From: Gammaproteobacteria bacterium
GTDB taxonomy: Bacteria; Pseudomonadota; Gammaproteobacteria; UBA4575
Assembly (NCBI GenBank): GCA_965214675.1
Contig: OZ243969.1
Span: 129,001-193,000, forward strand
Reading direction: 5' to 3'
DNA length: 64,000 nucleotides
Positions 32,473-43,099 of the stretch are shown here, piece by piece (the stretch's first letter is position 1; each line of letters begins with the position of its first letter). The translations under genes and the position numbers were made by a program. The notes beneath the pieces are model-generated. The model was given only the letters and a program-made list of their open reading frames with translations, was not told where the DNA came from and did not search any database.

Positions 32473-33198
32473 CTAATAGTTACTTTTTTCTGCCAGCCGT
32501 GCAACGGCCAGCCGCAGTTCGTCGGCATGCGGGTTGTTGGCGTAGTGCTCAATGAGAATGGAGCGGGGACTTCTGATGTCATTGCCATAATAGTCATTGT
32601 TGAGATCTTCGCGAACTTTGAGCACGGCACCCTCCGCACTTACCCCGCCATAAATCCCCTTTGTCCTTGAGAATGCGAGGATATCGGCAGACTTTTCTTT
32701 GAAATCCACGGACTGGGCTTTTGCACCGGCACCAATGGGCCCAGTTGCGATGCTGATATCGCCTCCCAGCTTGAACGAAGAGGTAAGCAAACCGTCCACG
32801 CCTCGGTCCGTCATGATGATCAAGACCAGTTCTGCCACCTCGATCCCGGCCTGGAAGCCGATGGTTCCAGAACCTATCGTGTAGAATGCGGGATAACTCC
32901 AGGCATTGTTTTCCCCCTTGGCAAGCAACACGCCACTACCCCCGGACCCGCCGAAAAAAAGTCCGCCCTTGATCAGTTGTGGGATGATCAAAATACCCCG
33001 TGCCTTATCCATGTTGTGATGCAGCCACTCCATGTCCGGGTCCACGGAAAATGTATCCACCGATCTTGCAGCGGCATCCACAAGTGCCCGGGTGTTGATC
33101 TCGCTGGCATGAACATTCTGCAAGCTGAGCATTAAGAACAGGCCTGCAAAAACCAGGCGAATCAGGGTGTATCTTGGCATACTTTCCTCTGGCATCAA
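32473..33198 (-). CDS. SYLF/Ysc84-domain (DUF500) secreted lipid-binding protein
   Basis: Signal peptide. Gly-rich FFGGSGGSGVLL and GPIGAGA motifs typical of the Ysc84/SYLF domain. Confidence 0.6.
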   Translation of the reverse strand: MMPEESMPRYTLIRLVFAGLFLMLSLQNVHASEINTRALVDAAARSVDTFSVDPDMEWLHHNMDKARGILIIPQLIKGGLFFGGSGGSGVLLAKGENNAWSYPAFYTIGSGTIGFQAGIEVAELVLIIMTDRGVDGLLTSSFKLGGDISIATGPIGAGAKAQSVDFKEKSADILAFSRTKGIYGGVSAEGAVLKVREDLNNDYYGNDIRSPRSILIEHYANNPHADELRLAVARLAEKSNY

Positions 33199-33235
33199 GT
33201 GTGTGCAGGTAGTGTAGCAGAATCCTTGTCCGGGT

Positions 33236-33814
33236 CTAAGATGAATGACACTCGCCCCCTTGCATGCGCGTCTTTAGGATATGGTCTATGCAACGGTACG
33301 TGTAGCGGTAACCTGCAGGCCACTGGCTGTTACGGGGACCCGCGACATTCAGACATCTGACATCAAACCTGCAGAAAAATTCCACTGCCCGGCATGCTGC
33401 CTCCTCAATTGAAAGACGCTGGGCATCTACGAGGATAAAGGGCTGTTGGTGCTGCCTGCAATAGGTTGCCGTAAGTGCGGTGCCACCTTTCAGGGATTGC
33501 GCATAGATAATCAGTGTTCCATCACTGTTCAGGATATTTGCGAGAGTACGCCGTGGATAATGTGTGCTGGCATGTTCTTCAAGTGGGTAGCGCGCAGGAA
33601 TGTCTCCGTCTTCTGCCCTGCGCCCTTTTGGGCAATAACCGCCGCACGGGAACTGGTGATCCAGCGCGGCATCCAGTGCAGCACGGTCAACGCCAGTCTG
33701 ACCGCCTGATACGATTTTCTCGAGGTAGTGCGTGTTGCCCAAGGTCACCAAAGCTGTTGCTGGTGGCAGGGCGCTATAAAGGACCGCACACAAGCCCCAT
33801 GCACATTCCGGCAT
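33236..33814 (-). CDS. SLOG-superfamily putative molybdenum-cofactor-carrier-like protein
   Basis: KIVSGGQTGVDRAALDAAL motif characteristic of the PF12694/LOG-like fold. 192 aa. Confidence 0.5.
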   Translation of the reverse strand: MPECAWGLCAVLYSALPPATALVTLGNTHYLEKIVSGGQTGVDRAALDAALDHQFPCGGYCPKGRRAEDGDIPARYPLEEHASTHYPRRTLANILNSDGTLIIYAQSLKGGTALTATYCRQHQQPFILVDAQRLSIEEAACRAVEFFCRFDVRCLNVAGPRNSQWPAGYRYTYRCIDHILKTRMQGGECHSS

Positions 33815-33840
33815 GGGGCTTGGTACACAAAGGGTTTGCG

Positions 33841-35598
33841 TTAGGCGGCTTTGCTCTGCAGGGCAGAAGACATCTTGTCCAGTTCAGCCAGCAGGGCCTG
33901 AGGCATACGGTCTCCAAACTCGGAGAAGTACTCGCCAATGGCCAGCATTTCCTGTTCCCACTTAGCGGGGTCAACAGATAGCAATGCCTGCATCGTTTCG
34001 CTCGAAACATCGATACCATCAGTATCAATGTCCTCAACGTTAGGCAAGAAGCCAATCGGTGTTTCCCTTGCATCACGTTGGCCGCCGCAGCGTTCTACGA
34101 TCCAGGCCAGGACACGCATGTTTTCCCCGAATCCAGGCCACAGGAATTTGCCATCCTGATCACGGCGGAACCAGTTTACGTGGAAGATTTTTGGCAATTT
34201 ATCTGACTTGCCCTCAAAACTGAGCCAGTGCGCAAAATAGTCCGCAAAGTTGTATCCGCAGAACGGCTTCATGGCCATCGGATCACGCCGTATCTGTCCT
34301 GCTCCTCCAATGGCTGCCGCTGTCATCTCCGAGGCACAGGAAGCACCAACCAGCACCCCATGGGCCCAGTCCTTAGCTTCATATACGAGCGGTGCCAGGT
34401 CCTTGCGGCGACCACCAAATACCACGGCAGAAATAGGAACGCCATCAGGATTGTCTGCCATAGGGGAATAGACGGGATTGTTTTTGGCAGGTACCGTAAA
34501 TCGTGAGTTGGGGTGGGCCGCAGGACCAACTTCGGCATCGTACGGGTTGCCCTTCCAGTCAAGAGCAGGTTCCTTGCCGTCATCCTTTTCTTCCCACCAC
34601 GGTTCGTTATTGTCGGTTACGCCAACGTTCGTGAAAATTGCATCACTCTTCAAGGTGTCATACGCATTCTTGTTAGACCACTCGTTCGTACCAGGCACGA
34701 CCCCAAAATACCCGGATTCTGGATTGATCGCCCAAAGCCGCCCGTCGTCACGTAAATGCAGCCAGCAGATGTCATCGCCTACCGTGGTGACTTTCCAGCC
34801 TTTGTACTGTTCGGGAGGAATCAGCATCGCCAGGTTGGTCTTGCCACATGCCGAAGGGAATGCACAGGCAATATAGTGGGTTTCTCCCTGTGGGCTCTCG
34901 AGTCCCACGATCAGCATATGCTCGGCCAGCCAGCCTTCTGTACGGGCCTGCCAGCTTGCAATACGCAATGCGTGGCATTTCTTGCCAAGTAATGCATTGC
35001 CACCATAGCCCGAACCAATGCTTTTAATGTAAAGCTCTTCAGGAAAGTGCATGATAAAGCGCTTTTCAGGATCCAGATCACCCGTAGAGTGCAGTCCCTT
35101 GACAAATGTCCCTTCTCTTTCAATCCGTTCCAGTGCCGGGGTTCCGATACGTGCCATGATCTTCATGTTGGCTACCACGTACGGGCTGTCAGTGATTTCC
35201 ACTCCATTACGGGATAGCGGTGAGTCAATCGGCCCCATGCAATAGGGAATGACGTACATGGTCCGGCCCTGCATACAGCCTGCAAACAGGTCGTCTACTT
35301 TTTTATGCGCTTCATCCGGGTCCATCCAGTTGTTGTTTGGGCCTGCATCTTCCTTGTCCTTGCTGCAGACATAAGTCAGGTGTTCAACGCGTGCAACATC
35401 AGAGGGATCTGAGCGATGCAGATAGCAGTTAGGATGCGATTCCTCATTCAGTCTTGTGAGCGTGCCGCTGTCGAGCATCTGGTCCACCATTTTGTCGAAT
35501 TCAGCATCGCTGCCGTCACACCAGACGATTTTGTCCGGCTTTGTTCGTGACGCTACTTCGTCTACCCACTTTACTAGGGCATCATTCTTTGTTGTCAT
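33841..35598 (-). CDS. pckG: phosphoenolpyruvate carboxykinase (GTP)
   Basis: 585 aa. GTP-type PEPCK motifs (CAFPSACGKTNLAM, FGGRR). Confidence 0.93.
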   Translation of the reverse strand: MTTKNDALVKWVDEVASRTKPDKIVWCDGSDAEFDKMVDQMLDSGTLTRLNEESHPNCYLHRSDPSDVARVEHLTYVCSKDKEDAGPNNNWMDPDEAHKKVDDLFAGCMQGRTMYVIPYCMGPIDSPLSRNGVEITDSPYVVANMKIMARIGTPALERIEREGTFVKGLHSTGDLDPEKRFIMHFPEELYIKSIGSGYGGNALLGKKCHALRIASWQARTEGWLAEHMLIVGLESPQGETHYIACAFPSACGKTNLAMLIPPEQYKGWKVTTVGDDICWLHLRDDGRLWAINPESGYFGVVPGTNEWSNKNAYDTLKSDAIFTNVGVTDNNEPWWEEKDDGKEPALDWKGNPYDAEVGPAAHPNSRFTVPAKNNPVYSPMADNPDGVPISAVVFGGRRKDLAPLVYEAKDWAHGVLVGASCASEMTAAAIGGAGQIRRDPMAMKPFCGYNFADYFAHWLSFEGKSDKLPKIFHVNWFRRDQDGKFLWPGFGENMRVLAWIVERCGGQRDARETPIGFLPNVEDIDTDGIDVSSETMQALLSVDPAKWEQEMLAIGEYFSEFGDRMPQALLAELDKMSSALQSKAA

Positions 35599-35901
35599 CT
35601 CAAAATTCCCTGTTAATTCAATGTATGTATGTAAATCCCGGTAATACCTGATGATTGTGACCGGGTATAATAGTCAGAGTGCCCGATTATACATAGTGAA
35701 TGTAAAGATATAAGCCTTAAACAAATTTTTAACCATCGTTGTCTGGATTTCTATCTCTAAAGAGACAGAATTGCATCGAAATTCAAGCTTTTCAGGGAGC
35801 CAGGTTCCTGTAAGCCTCTCTTCCGGCACGCTTGGTGGCATTCAAAATCGCGAATAGAACGCAGCAAAGTCAAGAGCAGCGATACAAGGAGTAATAGGCC
35901 T

Positions 35902-36681
35902 ATGGACAATCTATATCGACTGGTCAACCTCATGCAGTTGCTGCGTGACCCGGAGGGCGGCTGTCCCTGGGACAATCGTCAGACTTTCAGTTCACTGATT
36001 CCCTATACCCTTGAAGAGGTCTACGAGGTAGCGGAGGCGATTGACAAGCAGGATTTTTCGCTGCTCAAAGAGGAGCTGGGGGACTTGCTGCTGCAAATTG
36101 TATTCTATGCCCAGATGGCCAGGGAGCAGGACCTGTTTGACCTGGACGACGTGGCCAAAAGTATCAGTGACAAGCTGGTGCGCCGTCACCCCAAAATTTT
36201 TGAAGAGGGGATCGATTCTGACAAGGCCACCTGGGATGACATCAAGGAGGCCGAGCGCCAGGCAAAAAACGAGCACAGGCCGAACACCCTGCTGGATGAT
36301 ATCCCGGGTGTGTTACCGCAATTACTGCGTGCCTGGAAAATTCAGGAGCGCACGGCCACGGTTGGGTTTGACTGGCAGGAGACACGGCCAGTGTTGCTGA
36401 AGATCGCAGAGGAACTGGGTGAGCTCGAAGAGGCACTTGATGCAGGTGAAGCACAGGAGAGGCTCGCAGAGGAACTGGGAGACCTGCTGTTTTCGGCAGT
36501 CAACCTGGGCCGGCATCTGAATATCAGTGCGGAAGAAGCGCTGCGTAAAAGCAATGAAAAGTTCATGCGCCGTTTTCGGCATATGGAACAGCAGATGGCA
36601 CTCAGGGGGACAAGTATTGCCGCATGCTCAATGGAAGAGATGGAGGAGGCCTGGCAGGCAGCCAAACTCCCTGAGTCCTGA
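35902..36681 (+). CDS. mazG: nucleoside triphosphate pyrophosphohydrolase MazG
   Basis: Two MazG EExxE domains (EEVYEVAEAI, EELGELEEAL). 259 aa. Confidence 0.9.
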   Translation: MDNLYRLVNLMQLLRDPEGGCPWDNRQTFSSLIPYTLEEVYEVAEAIDKQDFSLLKEELGDLLLQIVFYAQMAREQDLFDLDDVAKSISDKLVRRHPKIFEEGIDSDKATWDDIKEAERQAKNEHRPNTLLDDIPGVLPQLLRAWKIQERTATVGFDWQETRPVLLKIAEELGELEEALDAGEAQERLAEELGDLLFSAVNLGRHLNISAEEALRKSNEKFMRRFRHMEQQMALRGTSIAACSMEEMEEAWQAAKLPES

Positions 36682-36741
36682 CGGCCTACTGAAAATATGG
36701 GTGTTTTGAGTTTGCATAGAGGATCTGTAGGGATGACAGCA

Positions 36742-37590
36742 TCATTCAAAGCGCATGGAAAAATCGACCGCCTGGATGTTTTTGGTGATTGCACCGATTG
36801 AAATGTACTGCACTCCGGTTTTGGCTACCTCGCGAATGTTGTCCAGGTTGATGTTCCCGGATGCCTCGAGTCTTTTCCGGTCCCCGTTCAGGCGTACGGC
36901 TGTTTGCAACTCGGACATGGAGAAGTTATCAAGTAAAATGATATCGGCTTCGGTCTCCAGCGCCTGCTCAAGCTGCTGACAGTTCTCGACCTCGATTTCA
37001 ATCGTCAATTCCGGGAACTTTTTTTTGGCCAGTCCTGCTGCCTTGCGTATCGAGCCAGCCGCTGCGATGTGATTTTCCTTGATTAGAATGGCATCGTACA
37101 GCCCCATGCGATGGTTCATACCACTTCCACATTTGACAGCATATTTCTGTGCATAGCGCATGCCGGGCAGTGTTTTTCGCGTATCCAGAATTTGTGCGGA
37201 TGTCCCCGATATGTGCTCAACGTATTTTCGGGTGCAGGTAGCCGTAGCTGACAGGGTCTGCAGAAAATTCAATGCCGTGCGTTCTGCGCTGAGCATGGCT
37301 TGCGCTGAGCCTTCCATCGTACATACCGTCGTATCTTTTTCGATCAGATTGCCATCCTGGCATTGCCAGTCTATGCGGATGTCTGCATCCAGTTGGCGCA
37401 GCGTCTCATTGAACCAGTGCTGGCCACACAAGACCGCATCTTCCCTGCAAAGCACTGAGGCACGGGCCAATGTTGCGGTATTGAATGTCGATGCAGTGAC
37501 ATCACCCTGACCGATATCCTCTTGCAAGGCCGTCTGCACGGCATGCTGGATGCCTGCTAATGCTTCTCTGTCATGAACTACAGGACTCAT
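36742..37590 (-). CDS. nadC: nicotinate-nucleotide pyrophosphorylase (quinolinate PRTase)
   Basis: 282 aa. Full-length NadC similarity (ILDTRKT, LIKENH). Confidence 0.92.
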   Translation of the reverse strand: MSPVVHDREALAGIQHAVQTALQEDIGQGDVTASTFNTATLARASVLCREDAVLCGQHWFNETLRQLDADIRIDWQCQDGNLIEKDTTVCTMEGSAQAMLSAERTALNFLQTLSATATCTRKYVEHISGTSAQILDTRKTLPGMRYAQKYAVKCGSGMNHRMGLYDAILIKENHIAAAGSIRKAAGLAKKKFPELTIEIEVENCQQLEQALETEADIILLDNFSMSELQTAVRLNGDRKRLEASGNINLDNIREVAKTGVQYISIGAITKNIQAVDFSMRFE

Positions 37591-37619
37591 TCCCTGACTT
37601 GCCCCTGCGCACTACAGAA

Positions 37620-38987
37620 CTACTTATACAGGTAGTCCCGGGTGACTCTGAAGATCACCGGGCTAAGTAAAGCCAAGGCGATCAGGTTGGGGATTGCCAT
37701 AAATCCGTTCATGACATCGGCAAGCAGCCATACCAGATCAAGCTTGATGAGCGAGCCGGTCAGAATTGCGATTACCCACAAGATTCTGTACGGCATGATT
37801 ACGCGCATGCCAAAAATAAATTCAGCACAACGTTCACCGTAATAGCTCCAGCCAAGCAGGGTGGTAAAAGCAAACACTACGAGGCCAATGGTAACAATGT
37901 AATTTCCTCCACTGATCCCTTGCCCATAAGCCAAAGTTGACAGCGAGGCGCCCGTCTCACCACTTGTCCAGGCACCGGTCAACAGGATCACCAGTGCTGT
38001 CATTGTGCAGACAATCAGGGTATCGATAAATGTACCGAGCATACCGATCATGCCTTGGCGTACGGGATCATCTGTCTGCGCTGCGGCATGCGCGATCGGC
38101 GCACTTCCCAGGCCCGCCTCATTCGAGAATATGCCGCGTGCGACACCAAAACGGATGGCAGCGACAACGGCGGCGCCCGCAAACCCCCCGGTAGCGGCCG
38201 TACCACTGAACGCACTGGTAAAGATCAGACCCAGGGCTTCGTCGACCTGCCCAAAATTCGCGAAAATGACGATGAGTGAGCCCAGTATGTAAGCGATGGC
38301 CATGATGGGGACGAGCTTGCCTGCAACCACACCGATGCGCTTGACTCCTCCGAGGATTACAAGACCGACCAGTATGGCCAGCACAACACCTGTCAAGAGC
38401 GGGCTGATTCCAAAGTTGGACTGCAGGGCATCAGAGACAGAATTGGACTGCACCATGTTGCCTATGCCGAAGGCTGCAATTGTGCCAAACAGCGCAAACA
38501 AAAAGCCCAGCCATTTCCAGTTTTCACCCAGACCATTCTTGATGTAGTACATCGGGCCACCCACCCGTCGGCCTTGCTCATCCACTTCCCTGTACTTGAC
38601 TGCCAGCACGGCCTCTCCATATTTTGTCGCCATACCGAACAGTGCGGTTACCCACATCCAGAATATCGCGCCAGGCCCCCCAAGAAAGATGGCAGTAGCT
38701 ACACCGGCAATGTTTCCCGTACCGATCGTTGCCGAAAGTGCTGTCATCAGTGCCTGGAAGGGACTGATCTCTCCCTGGTCCTTATCGGCCTTTCCGGACA
38801 ACAGCAGCGAGAAGCCAAGGCCGATTTTTCGCCATGGAATCAGCTTCAGACCAAGTGTCAGATAGACACCGACTCCCAGAAGGAGAGTCAACATTACAGG
38901 ACCCCAGATGAAGCTGCTTAACTGCCCGAGAAGTGTATGTAGAGTTTCCATTGCGCCTCCTGCCATGCGTGCATCATTGAATTTCAA
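37620..38987 (-). CDS. agcS: alanine/glycine:cation symporter (AGCS family)
   Basis: 455 aa polytopic. AGCS-family signature region FQALMTALSATIGTGNIAGVATAI. Confidence 0.85.
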   Translation of the reverse strand: MKFNDARMAGGAMETLHTLLGQLSSFIWGPVMLTLLLGVGVYLTLGLKLIPWRKIGLGFSLLLSGKADKDQGEISPFQALMTALSATIGTGNIAGVATAIFLGGPGAIFWMWVTALFGMATKYGEAVLAVKYREVDEQGRRVGGPMYYIKNGLGENWKWLGFLFALFGTIAAFGIGNMVQSNSVSDALQSNFGISPLLTGVVLAILVGLVILGGVKRIGVVAGKLVPIMAIAYILGSLIVIFANFGQVDEALGLIFTSAFSGTAATGGFAGAAVVAAIRFGVARGIFSNEAGLGSAPIAHAAAQTDDPVRQGMIGMLGTFIDTLIVCTMTALVILLTGAWTSGETGASLSTLAYGQGISGGNYIVTIGLVVFAFTTLLGWSYYGERCAEFIFGMRVIMPYRILWVIAILTGSLIKLDLVWLLADVMNGFMAIPNLIALALLSPVIFRVTRDYLYK

Positions 38988-39127
38988 CAGTGCTCGGCAA
39001 AGCGTGAGTTCCCCATGATTGGTCGTATATATCAGTACCTATCATGTACGGTATTGTCAGCACAATCTGTCCACTCCGATCAGACAGCTCTGCTTGCAAT
39101 GCTACTCTGAAATCGAGAGTATATCTA

Positions 39128-40120
39128 ATGGACATGGACTTCCCTCACCAGCAGTTTCAAATCAGGGTGCTGTCCTGCAGGGATGCAATGAAAGCCTTAA
39201 GACATGATGTTCTAAAGGGCATGATGTCAGCGCCGCGCAGTCTGCCGCCAAAATACTTCTATGATGAAACGGGCTCGAGGCTGTTCGATGCGATCTGCAA
39301 GACCCGGCACTATTACCTGACCCGCACCGAGTCTGCATTGTTGGAGAAACATGCGGATGACATCATTGCGGCCGTGCAGCCGCAGGCATGTGTGGAGCTT
39401 GGTGCGGGGAGTTCGGTGAAAACGGAATTTCTGCTTTCCAGGCTGGTGGCGGGATCACGGCAGGCGAACTATGTACCCATCGATGTATGCGAGGAAGTGC
39501 TGATCGAATCGGCCGGGCGCTTGCTGCATCGTTATCCGCAGTTGCACATTGAGGCTTTGGCAGGTGAATACCTGACCGCCATACGCGACCTGCCCAACCT
39601 CGAAGGACCCGTCCTGTTCATTTTTATCGGCAGCTCGATCGGTAATTTTTCAGCGTCTGAGTCTATGGAACTTCTATCCAGGGTAGCCGACATCATGGCC
39701 CCCGGGGATGCTATTTTACTGGGCGTGGACCGGGTAAAGAATAAAGAGGTTCTTGAACAGGCCTATGATGATGATGAAGGGATTACCGCACAGTTCAATC
39801 TGAATGTGCTGAACGTGCTGAACACCCGCCTTCAAGGAAATTTCAGGCTTGAGAATTTCTCGCACCGCGCGGTCTATCAGGAAACGAAGGAACAAATCGA
39901 GATGTACCTGGTTGCCAAGCAAGACCAACGGGTTGCACTGGAGGGTCTTGGCGAGACCCTCCAGATTCAGGCGGGCGAGGCAATCCTTACGGAAATCAGT
40001 CGAAAATACACCCGTACCTCCATACAGCACCTGCTTGCAGGAAGCGGCCTCGCCGAACACAGCCACTTTGTAGCGGACGATGAATATTTCTCACTGGTGC
40101 TTGCGCAGGCACAGAAATAG
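39128..40120 (+). CDS. EgtD-like SAM-dependent N-methyltransferase (histidine N-alpha-methyltransferase family)
   Basis: LPPKYFYDETGSRLFDAIC...YYLTRTE...CVELGAGS are hallmark EgtD/Methyltransf_33 motifs. No egtB, egtC or egtE in the window. Confidence 0.7.
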   Translation: MDMDFPHQQFQIRVLSCRDAMKALRHDVLKGMMSAPRSLPPKYFYDETGSRLFDAICKTRHYYLTRTESALLEKHADDIIAAVQPQACVELGAGSSVKTEFLLSRLVAGSRQANYVPIDVCEEVLIESAGRLLHRYPQLHIEALAGEYLTAIRDLPNLEGPVLFIFIGSSIGNFSASESMELLSRVADIMAPGDAILLGVDRVKNKEVLEQAYDDDEGITAQFNLNVLNVLNTRLQGNFRLENFSHRAVYQETKEQIEMYLVAKQDQRVALEGLGETLQIQAGEAILTEISRKYTRTSIQHLLAGSGLAEHSHFVADDEYFSLVLAQAQK

Positions 40121-40141
40121 TCCGGACAGTGTGCTGCCCCC

Positions 40142-41044
40142 TCAGCTCATCAGCAGTTCCAGCAGCGCTTTTTGCGCGTGGAGCCGATTTTCAGCCTCAT
40201 CCCACACTACGCTTTGCGGCCCGTTCAGGACCCCTTCCGTGACTTCCTCATCCCGGTGAGCCGGCAGGCAGTGCATGAACAGCGCATCTTTGCTTGCAAG
40301 TTTCATCAGTGACTCGTTCACCTGGTACGCTTTGAAGACACCCAGTCTTTCATCGGCCTCCTGTTCCTGCCCCATGCTTGCCCAGACATCGGTGACGACC
40401 AAATCGGCTTGCTCAACCGCGGTTGCAGCATCGCAAACCAGGCGGATGCGTTCACCTGCAGGCTTCAGTACGGCCGTTTTGGGGGAATACTTTTCAGGAC
40501 AGGCAATATTCAGGCGGAAGTCGAACTGGCGGGCTGCATTGATGTACGAATGGCACATGTTGTTGCCATCGCCCACCCAGGCCACCGTGGCCCCGCGGAT
40601 GCTGCCCCTGTGCTCCAGCCAGGTCTGCATATCGGCCAGCAGTTGACACGGATGATACAGATCGGTGAGGCCATTGATGACAGGTACCGAGGAATGCTCG
40701 GCAAACTTCGTGACGTTGTCATGTTCATAGGTGCGGATCATGACGGCATCCACCATTCTGGATAAAACCCGCGCACTGTCTTCAATGGGTTCACCCCTTC
40801 CGAATTGGGTGTCGCGGGGTGATAAAAATAGTGCCTGGCCCCCCAGTTGAATCATGCCCGCCTCAAAAGACACACGGGTGCGTGTCGAGGACTTGTCAAA
40901 AATCATAGCCAGGGTCTTGTGCGAAAGCGGGGCATGAGTCTGTCCGGCCTTCAGCCATTTTTTGAGCTCAATCGCCCGCATCAGCAGATTCTCCAATGCC
41001 TCTGAAGGCAGGTCCAGCAGGCTGAGGAAATGGTGCGCGCTCAT
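40142..41044 (-). CDS. argF: ornithine carbamoyltransferase
   Basis: STRTRVSFE and HCLPAHR motifs. 300 aa. Confidence 0.92.
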   Translation of the reverse strand: MSAHHFLSLLDLPSEALENLLMRAIELKKWLKAGQTHAPLSHKTLAMIFDKSSTRTRVSFEAGMIQLGGQALFLSPRDTQFGRGEPIEDSARVLSRMVDAVMIRTYEHDNVTKFAEHSSVPVINGLTDLYHPCQLLADMQTWLEHRGSIRGATVAWVGDGNNMCHSYINAARQFDFRLNIACPEKYSPKTAVLKPAGERIRLVCDAATAVEQADLVVTDVWASMGQEQEADERLGVFKAYQVNESLMKLASKDALFMHCLPAHRDEEVTEGVLNGPQSVVWDEAENRLHAQKALLELLMS

Positions 41045-42255
41045 GGCAAGGCACCGTTCACTGGCTTGTCTGTTTCAGCAAAACGCCCGATGCAGTCAGC
41101 CAGGACACTGATGGCCCAATCGGCATGCTCTTGTTCCATGATCAGGGGTGGTAGCAACCGGACGACGCAACCGGCCGTCACGTTGACCAGTAACTTTTGC
41201 TCCAGGCACAGGTCCACCAGCGTACTGCAGGGCTGTGCCATTTCTATCCCGAGGATCAGGCCTTTGCCGCGAACTTCCTTGACACAGGACTGGCCGGATA
41301 GTTTTTCCCGAAGTGCGCTGAGCATAGAGTCCCCGAGTTCGCGCGCCCTGGTGCACAAGTTCTGGCTCTCGATCGTGTCCAGTGTAGCCAGTGCGGCCCG
41401 GCAGGCCAGCGGGTTTCCGCCGAACGTGGAGCCGTGGGAACCGGGCGAGAATAGCCCGGCAACCTGCTGTCTTGCCAGACACACGCCGATCGGCACCCCA
41501 TTACCCAGGCCCTTGGCCGTGACCACAATGTCTGGACCCACTCCTTCGTGCTGGTAGCAAAACCACTCTCCAGTGCGCCCATTGCCTGTCTGTACCTCAT
41601 CGAGGATCAGTAAGGCACCGTGATGGTCACACAGTTCACGAAGTCCAGCCAGATAACCGGGTGCGGGGATGTTGATCCCGCCTTCACACTGGATCGGTTC
41701 AACCAAAACAGCACCGCCCCTCGGGCTTGCCTCGAGTACGGCTTGTACGGCCTCAAGGTTGTCATAGGGCACATGCACAAACCCGGGTACCAAAGGATCA
41801 AATCCTGTCTGGAATGCCGGGTTTCCTGTTGCTGACAGCGCTGCAAGGGTGCGGCCATGGAAGCTGTTTTCGGTCACAATGACGGGTGCATTCGGCGCTT
41901 TATTGTCATGCGCATGCAAGCGAGCGAGCTTGATCGCCGCTTCATTGGCCTCGGCACCTGAGTTGCAGAAGAATGCGGCATCCATCCCCGACAGCTGGCA
42001 AAGTCGTGCAGCCAGTTTTTCCTGCAACGGGATCGTATAGAGGTTGGAGGTATGAACAAGGTGTGCACTTTGTTCGGCAATGGCAGCGGATACGGCCGGG
42101 TGCGCATGTCCCAGGCCACACACTGCAAACCCTGACAATGCATCAAGATAGCGGTCTTCATCCTCCGTACCCGGATACAGCCACACACCTTCACCGCGCC
42201 AGAAGGCGATCGGCTTGCGGGCATAGGTGGGCATCAAATGTTTACTGTCCATCAC
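41041..42255 (-). CDS. argD: acetylornithine aminotransferase
   Basis: Class-III PLP aminotransferase ([17 protein letters not shown]). Overlaps argF by 4 nt. Confidence 0.9.
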   Translation of the reverse strand: MMDSKHLMPTYARKPIAFWRGEGVWLYPGTEDEDRYLDALSGFAVCGLGHAHPAVSAAIAEQSAHLVHTSNLYTIPLQEKLAARLCQLSGMDAAFFCNSGAEANEAAIKLARLHAHDNKAPNAPVIVTENSFHGRTLAALSATGNPAFQTGFDPLVPGFVHVPYDNLEAVQAVLEASPRGGAVLVEPIQCEGGINIPAPGYLAGLRELCDHHGALLILDEVQTGNGRTGEWFCYQHEGVGPDIVVTAKGLGNGVPIGVCLARQQVAGLFSPGSHGSTFGGNPLACRAALATLDTIESQNLCTRARELGDSMLSALREKLSGQSCVKEVRGKGLILGIEMAQPCSTLVDLCLEQKLLVNVTAGCVVRLLPPLIMEQEHADWAISVLADCIGRFAETDKPVNGALP

Positions 42256-42397
42256 GGTCTGTCACATTGTCATTCATATAAATTAAAAACGGCAGCCACG
42301 AGGGCCGCCGGGGATGCTTGCTTGTACTTTTGCCTGAGCGCTCAGCAAAAGCTGGGTTTGGACCGCAGGTCAGGCGTTACCTGGGGTCCTCCATATA

Positions 42398-42982
42398 TCA
42401 GATAAAGAACCCATGACCGAAAGCGACCATGCATGCCAGCATGGGGATTGAAAGGAGGGTATTGGTCCGCGAAGCCATGAAAGCCACCTGTTTCGCCTTT
42501 GCCTTTTCGTCATCACTCGCCTGCACCATGCCCAGCACTTTTTTCTGGTTGGGCCAGATCAACACCCAGACGTTGAAGATCATGATCGTGCCGAGCCACG
42601 CACCGACACCAATGGCGGAGACCCCTTCCGTTGCAAAAAAGTGCGTGGTAAATCCGCCGACATACTCAAGTGCCCAGGCTCCCGTGAGCCAGGTAACGAC
42701 CGCTCCCCAGCGAAACCAAAGGAGTGCGCGCGGTGCCACATACTTGCCTATCGCCGCCGGCCCGGGACCGGACTGGTCCGAGGCAGCCTCGCCCATGGCA
42801 GGGACCTGTACGAAATTGAAGTAGTACAGCAAACCGATCCAGACGATGCCTGCCAGTACGTGTAGCCAAACAACCAGTGACCATGTGACCAGTTCAACTG
42901 CTGGAGCAAAGCCAAGGCCAATCAAAATTGCAACAATTACGCCGGCAATGATCGTACCTGGAATTGAGTTTAAGGGGTTCAT
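42398..42982 (-). CDS. HemJ/CopD-like integral membrane protein (possible protoporphyrinogen oxidase HemJ homologue, extended)
   Basis: Four to five TM helices. WLHVLAGIVWIGLLYYFNFV resembles the HemJ core HIIAVVCWFAGLFYLPRLFV. 194 aa versus about 140 for typical HemJ. Confidence 0.4.
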   Translation of the reverse strand: MNPLNSIPGTIIAGVIVAILIGLGFAPAVELVTWSLVVWLHVLAGIVWIGLLYYFNFVQVPAMGEAASDQSGPGPAAIGKYVAPRALLWFRWGAVVTWLTGAWALEYVGGFTTHFFATEGVSAIGVGAWLGTIMIFNVWVLIWPNQKKVLGMVQASDDEKAKAKQVAFMASRTNTLLSIPMLACMVAFGHGFFI

Positions 42983-43099
42983 GCAATACTCCTTGTATAA
43001 AAGCGTTCAGCTGACTGTTCGGGACAGTGGTTTTGACTTATCGTACAAGGGTAATTATAACGAATCCGCCTGCCAAACTTAACCATTTATTGGAGTGTC

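Noticed and set aside
32379-32639. 86-aa - strand ORF
   Set aside because: Overlaps the 3' end of the SYLF-domain gene by about 165 nt, so it is probably spurious.
42256-42300. Possible ARG box (ATTCATATAAATT) upstream of argD
   Set aside because: Only one half-site resembles the TGAAT/ATTCA consensus and there is no convincing 18-bp palindrome. Too weak to call.
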